Virus record (IMG/VR): IMGVR_UViG_3300042544_003430
Length of the DNA stretch: 62,800 bases
DNA from: a virus
Taxonomy: Duplodnaviria; Heunggongvirae; Uroviricota; Caudoviricetes
Reading direction: 5' to 3' (one strand)
Shown here: piece by piece, positions 1 through 8,975 of the stretch
How positions within the stretch are numbered: the first letter of the stretch is position 1
How the letters are laid out: every line of letters begins with the position of its first letter
Notes under the pieces: model-generated
What the model saw: only the letters and a program-made list of their open reading frames with translations
Databases searched by the model: none
Told to the model about the DNA's origin: nothing
Program-made: the position numbers and the translations under genes

Positions 1-1
1 T

Positions 2-184
2 CAAACCAGAAATTATTTTGCTGGTAATATTTTACTTCATCCTGGTTACAAATTCCTAGATGATTTTAATAACTACCCAGAGGCAAATAAAGTTCTTGAT
101 AAGGTTTTCTTCATAGGAGCAGCTCCCCACTATACAGAGGTAGTTTTCGATTACATTGAAGAGGTTGTTAAAAATTTTAAATGA
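2..184 (+). CDS. 3' end (partial) of a DegT/DnrJ/RfbH-family PLP-dependent sugar aminotransferase/dehydratase
   Basis: Frame 2 reads QTRNYFAGNILLHPGY...VLDKVFFIGAAPHY...KNFK*. This resembles the C-terminus of RfbH-like proteins. The TGA overlaps the next ATG (ATGA). Confidence 0.7.
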   Translation, partial: QTRNYFAGNILLHPGYKFLDDFNNYPEANKVLDKVFFIGAAPHYTEVVFDYIEEVVKNFK

Positions 185-879
185 GAGTAGTTATTCTAGG
201 CGATGGTCTATTGGGAAGCTATCTAAGAGATAAAACCCAATGGGATTTTATAAGCAGGAAAAAAGACGGAATCGATTTTTCTAATCTAGATTCATATTCT
301 TCTAAATTGGAAGAATATGATGTTGTTGTTAATTGTATTGCAAATACCGACACTTATTCAGAAGATAGGAATTTGCATTGGGAAATCAACTACGAAGGCG
401 TTGCAAATTTAATTGATTTTTGCAACTCTTCAAATAAAAAAATAATTCATATCTCTACAGATTATATCTATACCTTTTCAAAAGATAACGCTTCAGAAAA
501 TGACGTTCCTGTCCATTCCAGAAATTGGTATGGATACACTAAATTACTTGGAGAGGGGTACGTTTTATTGAGATCTAAAAATTATCTAGTCATAAGGACT
601 ACACAGAAAAAAACCCCATTTACTTATCCAAAGGCATACATAAATCAAGTAGGAAATTTTGACTATGTTGATAAGATAGGAGATTTGATAATAAGACTGA
701 TAGAATCTGGTGCTACTGGAATTTATAATGTGGGGACAGATAAAAAGTCTATGTACGATCTAGCTCTACAGACAAACGATAAAGTAGTTGCAACTATGGA
801 TTTATTTGATCCAACGACACCAATTAATCTAACCATGGATTTATCGAAAATGAATAAATTCCTAGATGATGGTATATAA
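181..879 (+). CDS. rmlD: dTDP-4-dehydrorhamnose reductase-like SDR
   Basis: GDGLLG nucleotide-binding start, VVNCIANTD, HISTDYIY and YGYTK (YxxxK) motifs. Confidence 0.8.
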   Translation: MRVVILGDGLLGSYLRDKTQWDFISRKKDGIDFSNLDSYSSKLEEYDVVVNCIANTDTYSEDRNLHWEINYEGVANLIDFCNSSNKKIIHISTDYIYTFSKDNASENDVPVHSRNWYGYTKLLGEGYVLLRSKNYLVIRTTQKKTPFTYPKAYINQVGNFDYVDKIGDLIIRLIESGATGIYNVGTDKKSMYDLALQTNDKVVATMDLFDPTTPINLTMDLSKMNKFLDDGI

Positions 880-882
880 TAA

Positions 883-967
883 GGAGAGGTGGCAGAGCGG
901 TCTAATGCGGCAGTCTTGAAAACTGTTGAAGGTCACACTTCCGGGGGTTCGAATCCCTCCCTCTCCG
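883..967 (+). tRNA. tRNA-Ser(UGA), CCA not encoded
   Basis: GGAGAGG/CCTCTCC acceptor stem, GCAGT-CTTGAAA-ACTGT anticodon arm (TGA at 917-919), long variable arm, GGGGG-TTCGAAT-CCCTC T arm. Confidence 0.95.
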
Positions 968-983
968 CTCTTTAAAAACTAAT

Positions 984-1011
984 ATAGGATCCGTAACTGG
1001 ATCCTATTTCT
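984..1011 (+). terminator. Probable intrinsic terminator after the tRNA
   Basis: ATAGGATCC-gtaact-GGATCCTAT 9-bp hairpin followed by TTCT. Confidence 0.5.
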
Positions 1012-1121
1012 GTGTAATCTGATACCTTATAAATTCAAATTGAACTAAGCAGCAAAGAGATTATCAATCCATAGCAAGATATTAGAGGATTGATCCTTTT
1101 CTTTGCATTTTATTTTCGAGT

Positions 1122-1214
1122 GATATATAAATCAAATTAAGAAATTTAAAATAAATGAAGGAAAAGTTTTTAATTTTTTAAGAATCGAAAATCGATATAT
1201 AAGGAAGATATATA
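1122..1214 (+). promoter_or_regulatory. Three copies of the putative late promoter GATATATA (1122, 1194, 1207)
   Basis: Same octamer precedes many structural genes in this window. Confidence 0.65.
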
Positions 1215-1239
1215 GTAAAAATATAAAAATAAAATCAAC

Positions 1240-3348
1240 ATGAGAAAAGTATACGACTTCTCCACATTCAACTTCATTTACGAAGCAGAAGCTGCAGCAG
1301 CTCCAAAAGCAGAAGCAGCTCCGGCAGCAGCAGGAGCACCAGCTGCAACAGAGGCTAGTAAACTTTATGACAAGACGTTAGGTCTTATCATAACCACAGC
1401 TTTAAATTCTTACAGTTCAGAATTATCATTTCCTAGTAAACCTTATGATCAGAATATAGATGCTGACATTGCATCTGTAAAAGCTGTAGGAGCGACAGAA
1501 AAACCAGCAGCTCTGGTAAAGATCATGGAAAAAGTTAAAGCTGCTTCAGCAGATAACACTTTAGAAGGAGCAAAAGAAGCAGTAGATGCTTGGGTTGCTG
1601 CAGGAACAAAAGCAACTGAAGCTCTTAGCAAAATGATTGATCAGTATAAAGACAAGCCAGAAGAGCTTAAACACATTAACGATTTTGTTAATGCCCGCCT
1701 TGATGCTTACTTGAAAGGGATTCAAGATTCATCTAAGGCTAATACTCTTAAGGGAGCTTTAACTAAACTAGCAAATGAATCTAATTCCTATGAAGGATCT
1801 GATTTTATTTTCGAAGGAATTCTAGAAGGAAAAAAAGGAATGATCGGGGATATCTCTAAACAGATAACTCTAGTTAATGCTAAGCTTGCATCCCTTTTAC
1901 AAACTCCAGGAATGGAAGCTGATGTTAAGAGACTTCAAAGCGAAGTAACTAAAATCTCAGCAGATATGGGAGCTCTTTTAGCGAAGAAGAATAGCGAAAT
2001 TAGTAAAGACGATATCAAAAAAGCGGCGGCAAGACTTGCAGAAATACCAACTGAAGCAGATCAAGCAGCAGAAAAAATGCTTAAGCAAGATACTACTAAT
2101 AAAGAAGCAGCAGCAATCCTAGTTCAAGCATTAGGTTTAGTTGATGAAGCTAAAGATAAAGAAGTTGTTTATCTCGGTAAAAAAGAAGAAGCTTTACAAA
2201 AAGAAAAAGCAGCATCCTTCGTCAAATACGATAAAGATAAAGCTGGTGAAGCTAATCCTAAAGTTATGGAATTCCAAAAGCTTGTAATGGACAAATTTAA
2301 GGACGTTAAAGGAATTTCAGGTCTTTCTCAATTCAAAAATATGGGAACGTCTGGTAAATTTGGTCCAGCTACTGCATCAATGGTAAAAATTCTAAAAGAT
2401 GGTTACGGACTTAAAGATTCAGATTCTTCTGATATTACAGGTGAACTTTTTGCAGAGCTAAAGAAAAATGAAGAAATCAAAGAATCTAGAATACTTACTT
2501 TTGAAGGATTTGCAGGAATTAACGAAGGATTTAACGTTGAAGCAGCAACTAAATCTGCTTCTAAAAATACTTCAGGTGGAGGAAGTAAAAGTGGGGGAAG
2601 TAAAAGCGGAGGAAAATTTCTATACAAGAAAGGAGACACTGGTAACGTTGTTGTTGCGATCAATAGAATAGTAGGTCAAAAAGAAGACGAAAAGAAATAC
2701 ACAGATGATACTGTAGCAAGAGTTAAGGAATTCCAAAAACTTAATAGATTCAACGTGGACGGGATTGTAGGGGAAGATACTTTAATAGGACTTTACGACA
2801 CTAGAGGTGAGTCAAAAAAACAAACTAAATTAAATGATGCAAAAGCTGTAAGAGGACCATGGTCTTATAAGATATTAGCGGATCTTCTAAAAGAAGTTTA
2901 TACAGAAACTAAAGGTAAAGCTAAAGAAGAAGGAACCTTGACAGATGAAGATATATTAGGGGAAACTTCAGGACTATCTTCCTTTATTAATACTATACTT
3001 CCAGCAGCTAAGTATGCAGCATTTCTAGGAATTGCAGGAATACCGGCAGCTGTATTAGGAACTTCCATAGACGCTCTTAAAGATAGAAGAAACGGAGTTA
3101 AAGGAGTAGTAGACGCTCTTGATGGGTTTGTAAAAGAATCTGATCTTGCTTATGTTTTAACTATTGTTAAAGCTCTATCTGGTAAGAAAATGAAGGATGG
3201 AACTTCTGCAATTGAAAGATTTAAGAAGTTATATAAAATGGACGAAGGAGAAGATCTAAGAGAAGACGTTGAAAGCGTAGGAACCAAAACTATGTCAGTT
3301 AAAGGAGATCTTATTAAAGAGGAAATTCTTAAATTGTTAGGAAAATAA
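1240..3348 (+). CDS. Putative internal virion protein with two peptidoglycan-binding-like domains
   Basis: PGBD-like segments KVMEFQKLV...GKFGPAT and YKKGDTG...VKEFQKLNRFNVDGIVGEDT. N-terminal and internal F-x-x-F...I-x-E motifs. Late-type motif upstream. Confidence 0.55.
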   Translation: MRKVYDFSTFNFIYEAEAAAAPKAEAAPAAAGAPAATEASKLYDKTLGLIITTALNSYSSELSFPSKPYDQNIDADIASVKAVGATEKPAALVKIMEKVKAASADNTLEGAKEAVDAWVAAGTKATEALSKMIDQYKDKPEELKHINDFVNARLDAYLKGIQDSSKANTLKGALTKLANESNSYEGSDFIFEGILEGKKGMIGDISKQITLVNAKLASLLQTPGMEADVKRLQSEVTKISADMGALLAKKNSEISKDDIKKAAARLAEIPTEADQAAEKMLKQDTTNKEAAAILVQALGLVDEAKDKEVVYLGKKEEALQKEKAASFVKYDKDKAGEANPKVMEFQKLVMDKFKDVKGISGLSQFKNMGTSGKFGPATASMVKILKDGYGLKDSDSSDITGELFAELKKNEEIKESRILTFEGFAGINEGFNVEAATKSASKNTSGGGSKSGGSKSGGKFLYKKGDTGNVVVAINRIVGQKEDEKKYTDDTVARVKEFQKLNRFNVDGIVGEDTLIGLYDTRGESKKQTKLNDAKAVRGPWSYKILADLLKEVYTETKGKAKEEGTLTDEDILGETSGLSSFINTILPAAKYAAFLGIAGIPAAVLGTSIDALKDRRNGVKGVVDALDGFVKESDLAYVLTIVKALSGKKMKDGTSAIERFKKLYKMDEGEDLREDVESVGTKTMSVKGDLIKEEILKLLGK

Positions 3349-3355
3349 AACCTCG

Positions 3356-3889
3356 ATGGGAAGACTTCTAAACATACAAGATTTTAAATCTTTCCATTTA
3401 ATGGAAACAGAAAAGAGTCCCCTGAGTGGGACTTTTTCTGTTAACGAAGACGTAGTTCCAAGTCCGGTTAAAAAAGGTAAGGAAGAATCCTACAGAAGCA
3501 TAGCATATAAGCTTTCTGAAATTTTTGGCCTATATGGATTTTTCTTCGCTCAAAAACCTGGATTCATGAAGCCAGACCAATGGAAAAAATACACTTCAGA
3601 TATAGTAAAAATTACGGATCCAACTGAAAAGTGGAAAAAAATAATAGACACAGTATCTGAATTTCAAAATAAAGTTTCCTCTCCTGAGATCCTCCCTTCA
3701 AAAGGAGAATTTGGACATCTAGGACAATATAGTTACGAACAGGAAACATCTCAGCTTCCTACAGCAGCTAAATTGTTAAAGAATGCACATGATGCGATTT
3801 TCAAAACTTTCAATCCAGAAGAGCAGAAAAAATCAATAACAATTTTAAATAGTATCATATCAGGTACTAAAGCATTAAGTCTCGAATAA
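3356..3889 (+). CDS. Hypothetical protein, putative internal head protein
   Basis: 177-aa ORF in the same operon; leader MGRLLNIQDFKSFHLME. Confidence 0.5.
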   Translation: MGRLLNIQDFKSFHLMETEKSPLSGTFSVNEDVVPSPVKKGKEESYRSIAYKLSEIFGLYGFFFAQKPGFMKPDQWKKYTSDIVKITDPTEKWKKIIDTVSEFQNKVSSPEILPSKGEFGHLGQYSYEQETSQLPTAAKLLKNAHDAIFKTFNPEEQKKSITILNSIISGTKALSLE

Positions 3890-3893
3890 AAAA

Positions 3894-4586
3894 ATGGGGA
3901 AAAACGTATATCATATAACAGAGAAAGATCAGTATATGCCACCATCTTCTATGGATTTAATAACCATAGCAGACGCAATAGGGACAAGGCTGATGAATGT
4001 TTACAATGAAATTGAAAATATCAAAGTTGCATATCCACAGGATTCTTCTAAATATACATCTTTTATAGATTCTTCCATCTTACCTCTTAATGACAAGATA
4101 AAGTCCATTATTCAAACAGAAATACCAAAACTAGAAACTGTATCTGTTTCTAAATACAGAGGAGACACTTCTGCATATAAAGATCTTGGATATTTGGTTA
4201 ATACCGTAAAAGATAAAGCAACTCTAGATCTTCTTTTAAAATTAAAGGAATTTGAGAAAGAAGTATCTGAGATTGAAAAAAAATCCGAAGGGATTAAAGC
4301 TTCTGTTAATTCAGCATATCAGGCATCCGATGCTACTAAATCTTACGAAGATGCAGTAAAAGCTATTATAGATAAGGTTAGAGCTGGCATCGAAAAACAA
4401 GCAGAGCAAAATATCAGAAATAAAAAAAGAGGGGATATTATAGCAGGAACTACAGATCTAAATTCTGTAAAAGGTTCCAGAGCTGCAGGTACCACTGGTC
4501 CTACTAAGGATGAAGCAGCTGCATTAAAGAAGAAGAAAAATATAGATGATATTTCTGCATATTTAGCAAAGAAATACAAATCTTAA
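3894..4586 (+). CDS. Hypothetical helical protein, putative internal head protein
   Basis: 230-aa ORF tightly packed in the operon; leader MGKNVYHITE. Confidence 0.5.
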   Translation: MGKNVYHITEKDQYMPPSSMDLITIADAIGTRLMNVYNEIENIKVAYPQDSSKYTSFIDSSILPLNDKIKSIIQTEIPKLETVSVSKYRGDTSAYKDLGYLVNTVKDKATLDLLLKLKEFEKEVSEIEKKSEGIKASVNSAYQASDATKSYEDAVKAIIDKVRAGIEKQAEQNIRNKKRGDIIAGTTDLNSVKGSRAAGTTGPTKDEAAALKKKKNIDDISAYLAKKYKS

Positions 4587-4733
4587 ATTTTTTTCCTCCG
4601 AAAGAAACTTTTTCTCCGAAAACCATCTAAAAGAATTACTTATATTCCCAGGAGAAGAATCTATATAGGCCCACCTAATCTCAGTTATCCTCGGGTAAAT
4701 CCAAACCCCAAATCTCAGATAGATAAATAGACT

Positions 4734-4940
4734 ATGATCCCAAATCAAGAATACCTAGAAGCTATCAAAAGAAAACTAGATGCTATGAATAAAGTAGCAG
4801 GAGTAGACCCATCTATCAGACCAGAACAAGGACAGGTTTGGGGTGAACCTAAATCTTTTGATGTGATGGATTGGCAGGGACAAGCTTCTATGAATTATCT
4901 AAAAAGTATAGGAAAGAATCCTAATCTATCAGATATCTAA
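4734..4940 (+). CDS. Small hypothetical protein
   Basis: 68-aa ORF with GATAAATA (late-like variant) at 4722-4729. Confidence 0.5.
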   Translation: MIPNQEYLEAIKRKLDAMNKVAGVDPSIRPEQGQVWGEPKSFDVMDWQGQASMNYLKSIGKNPNLSDI

Positions 4941-4949
4941 CCGTATATT
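4940..4949 (+). promoter_or_regulatory. Class II motif ACCGTATATT
   Basis: Recurs about 16-23 nt upstream of five non-structural gene starts. Confidence 0.55.
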
Positions 4950-4967
4950 AAGGTAAAGATATAAATC

Positions 4968-5408
4968 ATGAAATTAAAATTTATTGCGGGGGTTCTTCTC
5001 CTTTTCGGAATGAGTGAATTAAATGGGCAAAATCTAGAAGCTGATTCTGTTTACAAATATGAATTTAGAAATAGAAGACAATTTGAAAAGGATCTGGAAA
5101 GTGAAACTATCAGGAAACCTTCTAAGAAGACAACTTGGGAGTATGACCACTACCATGTTAATATAACTGATTCTACTTTTATATTTTCAAAAACTAAGGT
5201 GAATATAGTTAATAAATTCACAATCAAAGAGACTGATATCTATGATGAAAATTTCTATTTAAAATCCCTCTATGCAGTGAATTCGTGCGGGGGTGAAATC
5301 AATGTAAAGATAACCTATGATGATATTGGATATTATGTTGTAGTTTATTTTATTGGTCCAAAAAATAAATATTCTGCAATTTATTTTCGTTCCGAATACA
5401 ATTTTTAG
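4968..5408 (+). CDS. Secreted hypothetical protein (Sec signal peptide)
   Basis: MKLKFIAGVLLLFGMSELNG|Q signal-peptide-like N-terminus. Confidence 0.6.
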   Translation: MKLKFIAGVLLLFGMSELNGQNLEADSVYKYEFRNRRQFEKDLESETIRKPSKKTTWEYDHYHVNITDSTFIFSKTKVNIVNKFTIKETDIYDENFYLKSLYAVNSCGGEINVKITYDDIGYYVVVYFIGPKNKYSAIYFRSEYNF

Positions 5409-5412
5409 TACT

Positions 5413-5427
5413 GGGACCGTATATTTA
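5413..5427 (+). promoter_or_regulatory. Class II motif GGGACCGTATATTTA
   Basis: Identical 15-mer at 57726-57740. Confidence 0.65.
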
Positions 5428-5448
5428 TATGAATAACAATCATACATC

Positions 5449-5976
5449 ATGAAAAAATTAGCTTTAATCCTTATCCTAATTCCTACAATCTTAAAGTCTC
5501 AAAGTGCTAGAGAAATTAAAGTGATTCAGCTTCTAAATGAATATAGAGTTGCTAACAATCTTAAACCTTTAACTATAGATACAGGATTAAACAAAGCTGC
5601 TGAATACCAAGTTAAATACGAATCCTTAATTGATAGTGTAACCCATTACCAATATACAGATCTTCCTGGGTTCAAAGAGATTCCTCAAGCTGAAGATAGA
5701 ATTAAAGAATTTTCTGATCTAGAAGCTCCAATAGGTGGAACCGAGATAACAATGGGTACTAAAAACTTCGGAAGTTTAAGCCTCGTTAAACAAAAATACT
5801 CTTATAAGGAGGTAGAAAAATACATTATTGATTCTTATAAATCTTGTTCAAGCCACGATGAAATAATGTTAAACCCTAACGCTCATAAAGTTGGAATTTC
5901 TATATTCAGGGAAGAAATAATAGAAGGTAGCGATGTTAAAATTAGATTATTTTGCGTCATCACATTCGGTAGTTAA
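5449..5976 (+). CDS. Secreted CAP/SCP-domain protein
   Basis: Signal peptide MKKLALILILIPTILKS|Q; LLNEYRVANNLKPL...LNKAA and SSHDEIMLNPNAHKVGISI CAP motifs. Confidence 0.75.
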   Translation: MKKLALILILIPTILKSQSAREIKVIQLLNEYRVANNLKPLTIDTGLNKAAEYQVKYESLIDSVTHYQYTDLPGFKEIPQAEDRIKEFSDLEAPIGGTEITMGTKNFGSLSLVKQKYSYKEVEKYIIDSYKSCSSHDEIMLNPNAHKVGISIFREEIIEGSDVKIRLFCVITFGS

Positions 5977-5983
5977 TCCAATA

Positions 5984-6015
5984 AAAAAAGTCTTAAATTT
6001 ATTTAAGACTTTTTT
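5984..6015. terminator. Bidirectional intrinsic terminator
   Basis: AAAAAAGTCTTAAA-ttta-TTTAAGACTTTTTT between convergent genes. Confidence 0.75.
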
Positions 6016-6022
6016 GTGTGTT

Positions 6023-7384
6023 TTAAAATTCGTTACATATAAAAGGTTTCTGTCCTACTCCTGGACCGCCTTTTTGTCTAATTCCTGGGAATTTTATCTT
6101 AATTTTTCCTCCTCCTTCTGATTTGGATTTCTTTGGAAATCCTACAGCGGGAACATAATTAACTGAAGATTTAACTTTCGGATCTATTACTTTAATTTCT
6201 GTATCAGTTATTACAGATTCAGCTTTTATAATAAAATTGACATACCTAAATTGTGTGTATTCATTTGGTCCTCCTAGAGGGGCAATTTCTGCTGTTGTAT
6301 ATTTTCCATTTGGTTTTCCCCCCTCACCAAGTTCTGCTATAACAATCGTCTTTCTATTCATTTCCTCGTCTTTTCCTTTCCCAAAAGTTCCATTGTTTAA
6401 AATGAAGTTTCCCTTTTCGTCATAATATCCAAATTTAAGAGGGGTTGGTGGATTTGGTCCACTTGTTCCGTCCCCATTAGATCCTTTGGAATTGATAATT
6501 ATTTTGGATTGTATTATTTTCTTTTTCTCTTCTGATAAATTATTTTCAGCTGCAGATTCTCTAAAAAGATCTATTATGGTATTTGCTCTATTGTAGGACA
6601 ATTCACCCCAGGATATTTTTTCTGCTTTACCTCCGTTGTCATTTGTATTTCTATATCTGCTAGCAGATGATTGAATTTCTAAAGAGGTTAAAGTTAATTT
6701 ATCATTCGATGCATATTCCTTTATAAAAGTATCGATAGTTTTTTTAATTTCCTCTAAAACATTTGGGTCATTAAATGCATCAGGGTTTACTTTTCCTCCT
6801 TGCGAATCTTCCCCTGAACCCCATCTATTGTCTTTGAATAATTTATTCTCCTCTTCTGCAGATAACCCAACTATTTCAATTTTTTTTATTTCTTCTTTTT
6901 CTCCTTTTTTCTCAATCTCTACAGAAGAAGGTGTTATTGAAATGAAAGGATTTGTTCTTACACTAGTTTTTCCCTTAATTGTATTGTTTACTTCTTTCTC
7001 TGATTCAAATCCACTAGCTTCCATTAAATCAGATAACTGGTCATAGACGGAATTTTTCTGATCTTCTGACAATTTTTCCCATAAGTATGGAGCTGCATAA
7101 GCCCCATCTGTAGTAGCCTTATCTGTTGGGAAATCCTTACCTGGATTTTTCTTCTTCCACTTAGCTAGCCAAGACTCGTAAGGATTTTCATCTTTAGCAT
7201 AAGTAGGACGAAAAATATTTCCTAGCTCTATTTGCTTCTCCAATAGTTTTTCAACAAATTGAATTACAAATTCCCTTGATGGTGTGAATTTGGTTTTTCC
7301 TTCATCAGATTTTGCTTCTTTTATTATATTTAGCTCGAAATCAAGATAAGCTTGGAAAGATTCTAAAACAAATTTTTTGCTCAT
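6023..7384 (-). CDS. Hypothetical protein with degenerate OmpA-C-like segment; putative virion protein (start likely 7384, not 7441)
   Basis: LEIQSSAS...LSYNRANTI...FRYVNFII pattern. Minus-strand GATATATA at 7417-7410 lies just upstream of MSKKFVLESF. Confidence 0.5.
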   Translation of the reverse strand: MSKKFVLESFQAYLDFELNIIKEAKSDEGKTKFTPSREFVIQFVEKLLEKQIELGNIFRPTYAKDENPYESWLAKWKKKNPGKDFPTDKATTDGAYAAPYLWEKLSEDQKNSVYDQLSDLMEASGFESEKEVNNTIKGKTSVRTNPFISITPSSVEIEKKGEKEEIKKIEIVGLSAEEENKLFKDNRWGSGEDSQGGKVNPDAFNDPNVLEEIKKTIDTFIKEYASNDKLTLTSLEIQSSASRYRNTNDNGGKAEKISWGELSYNRANTIIDLFRESAAENNLSEEKKKIIQSKIIINSKGSNGDGTSGPNPPTPLKFGYYDEKGNFILNNGTFGKGKDEEMNRKTIVIAELGEGGKPNGKYTTAEIAPLGGPNEYTQFRYVNFIIKAESVITDTEIKVIDPKVKSSVNYVPAVGFPKKSKSEGGGKIKIKFPGIRQKGGPGVGQKPFICNEF

Positions 7385-7409
7385 TTTCTTTATGTTTATT
7401 AATTTCATG

Positions 7410-7417
7410 TATATATC
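7410..7417 (-). promoter_or_regulatory. Putative late promoter GATATATA (minus strand)
   Basis: Located about 25 nt before the in-frame ATG at 7384. Confidence 0.55.
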
Positions 7418-7456
7418 CATTTCCTTTATTATATTCTTCAAATCTAAATGTAGTTA

Positions 7457-7484
7457 GAAACAATCCATCTTAAAAACTATATAA
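7457..7484 (+). promoter_or_regulatory. Class III motif GAAAC-N16-TATATAA
   Basis: Bipartite motif upstream of uvsX; recurs before other genes. Confidence 0.55.
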
Positions 7485-7504
7485 CTTAAGAAAATAAAAA
7501 GTTT

Positions 7505-8698
7505 ATGGCTAAACAAAAATCAGAATTCTCATTTCTTGATCTAGATAAAGAATTATCTAAGATCGCCGGGTTTGAAACCGGATCTATTCTAACAGAAAAT
7601 ACATTCAGCGAAGTTGACGACTGGATTCCTACCGGTAATTATCTACTAAATGCTCAACTATCAGGATCCTTATTTGGAGGTATTCCTAACACAAGATCTT
7701 TAGGTCTAATGGGAGATCCCGGAACAGGTAAATCTTTCGTTTGTCTAAATGTTGTTAGAGAAGCTCAAAAGAAAGGTTATGACGTTATGTATTGTGATAC
7801 CGAGGGTGCAATTGATAAATCAACTGCTATCAATTTTGGTATTAACACAGATAAAATCAGATACCAACCAATCAAGACCGTTACTGAATTTCAAACATTC
7901 GTTTCTAACCTTCTTGCAATTGTAAAGAAAGCTAAGGAGAATGGTGCATCCCCAAAAATCCTTTTAATTCTAGATTCTTTGGGTATGTTAAGTACAGATA
8001 AAGAGCTAAACGATGCAATGATTGGAAAAAATGCAGCGGACATGGGGGCTAAAGCAAAAGAACTTCGTAAGTTGTTTAGGGTTATCACTTTGGATTTAAC
8101 TGCAGCTAAAATTCCTTTGATCTGTACGAACCACGTTTATACAGGTGGTGGATTTATGCCAACAAAAGAATCTTCTGGCGGTGACGGTCCAATCTTCGCA
8201 ATGTCTGTTATTTCTTTCCTTTCTAAAGCTCAATTAAAAGAGAATGGTAGCACGACAAAGACTGGTATTATCGTAACATCTAATCTTAAAAAGAGTAGAT
8301 TCACAATTCCAGAACCTGTTAAATTTCACATCTCATTTGCTAATGGTATGAATCCTTATGTTGGTCTTCAAGACTTCGTTACATGGGAAGCATGTGGAAT
8401 AGAAAGAGGAAAATTAGAAGAAGTTAAAAATAAAGAAGGTAAAAAAGAATTAGTTTTCACCCCTAATGCATCGTCAACCAGATGGGCAGTTAAACATCTA
8501 GGAAAAACGGTTACGTCTTCTCAGTTATTTAGCGGAGATATTTTCACACAGGAAGTTCTAGAATCTCTAAACGAAAAAGTTATCAAACAGCACTTTCTTC
8601 TTCCTACAATGGGAACTAACGAGGAAATTACAAATGCTCTGGAAGCAGAGATTGGTTCAGATTTTGATAATTTAGGTAATGCAGAGGAACAAGATTAA
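7505..8698 (+). CDS. uvsX: UvsX/RecA-like recombinase
   Basis: PTGNYLLNAQLSG, Walker A GDPGTGKS, CDTEGA, LILDSLG and TNHVY motifs. Confidence 0.92.
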   Translation: MAKQKSEFSFLDLDKELSKIAGFETGSILTENTFSEVDDWIPTGNYLLNAQLSGSLFGGIPNTRSLGLMGDPGTGKSFVCLNVVREAQKKGYDVMYCDTEGAIDKSTAINFGINTDKIRYQPIKTVTEFQTFVSNLLAIVKKAKENGASPKILLILDSLGMLSTDKELNDAMIGKNAADMGAKAKELRKLFRVITLDLTAAKIPLICTNHVYTGGGFMPTKESSGGDGPIFAMSVISFLSKAQLKENGSTTKTGIIVTSNLKKSRFTIPEPVKFHISFANGMNPYVGLQDFVTWEACGIERGKLEEVKNKEGKKELVFTPNASSTRWAVKHLGKTVTSSQLFSGDIFTQEVLESLNEKVIKQHFLLPTMGTNEEITNALEAEIGSDFDNLGNAEEQD

Positions 8699-8975
8699 AT
8701 TTAAGTACCTCATGAATCTTTGGCGAACAATGCCAAACTATCCTACTAAAGAGGATGCGATTTATGAATTAAATGTTTATCTAGTAAAAGACGGTAGACC
8801 AAATGGAAGCTTTTCAGAACAAACACTGAAAGCTCCATTCGGTCCTGACTGGGAAAACACTAAGTATAAACAGATTATCGACGAAATGATCGAGACAGGA
8901 GAACTCGAGGTCGATTCTAAAAAAGTTTCTTCTAAAACATGGTATAAAATTAAAAACAACCCCTATTATCAGTAA
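8679..8975 (+). CDS. Hypothetical protein (true start may be 8712 or 8730)
   Basis: ORF packed between uvsX and the helicase gene. Confidence 0.55.
   Translation: MQRNKIKFKYLMNLWRTMPNYPTKEDAIYELNVYLVKDGRPNGSFSEQTLKAPFGPDWENTKYKQIIDEMIETGELEVDSKKVSSKTWYKIKNNPYYQ

Noticed and set aside
3884-3896. A-run at the 3356/3894 gene junction as a frameshift site
   Set aside because: The downstream ORF has its own ATG and leader-like start, so no slippage is needed.
7385-7441. ORF-track start at 7441 for the minus-strand gene
   Set aside because: The late motif at 7417-7410 lies inside this extension, and the leader-like sequence begins at 7384.
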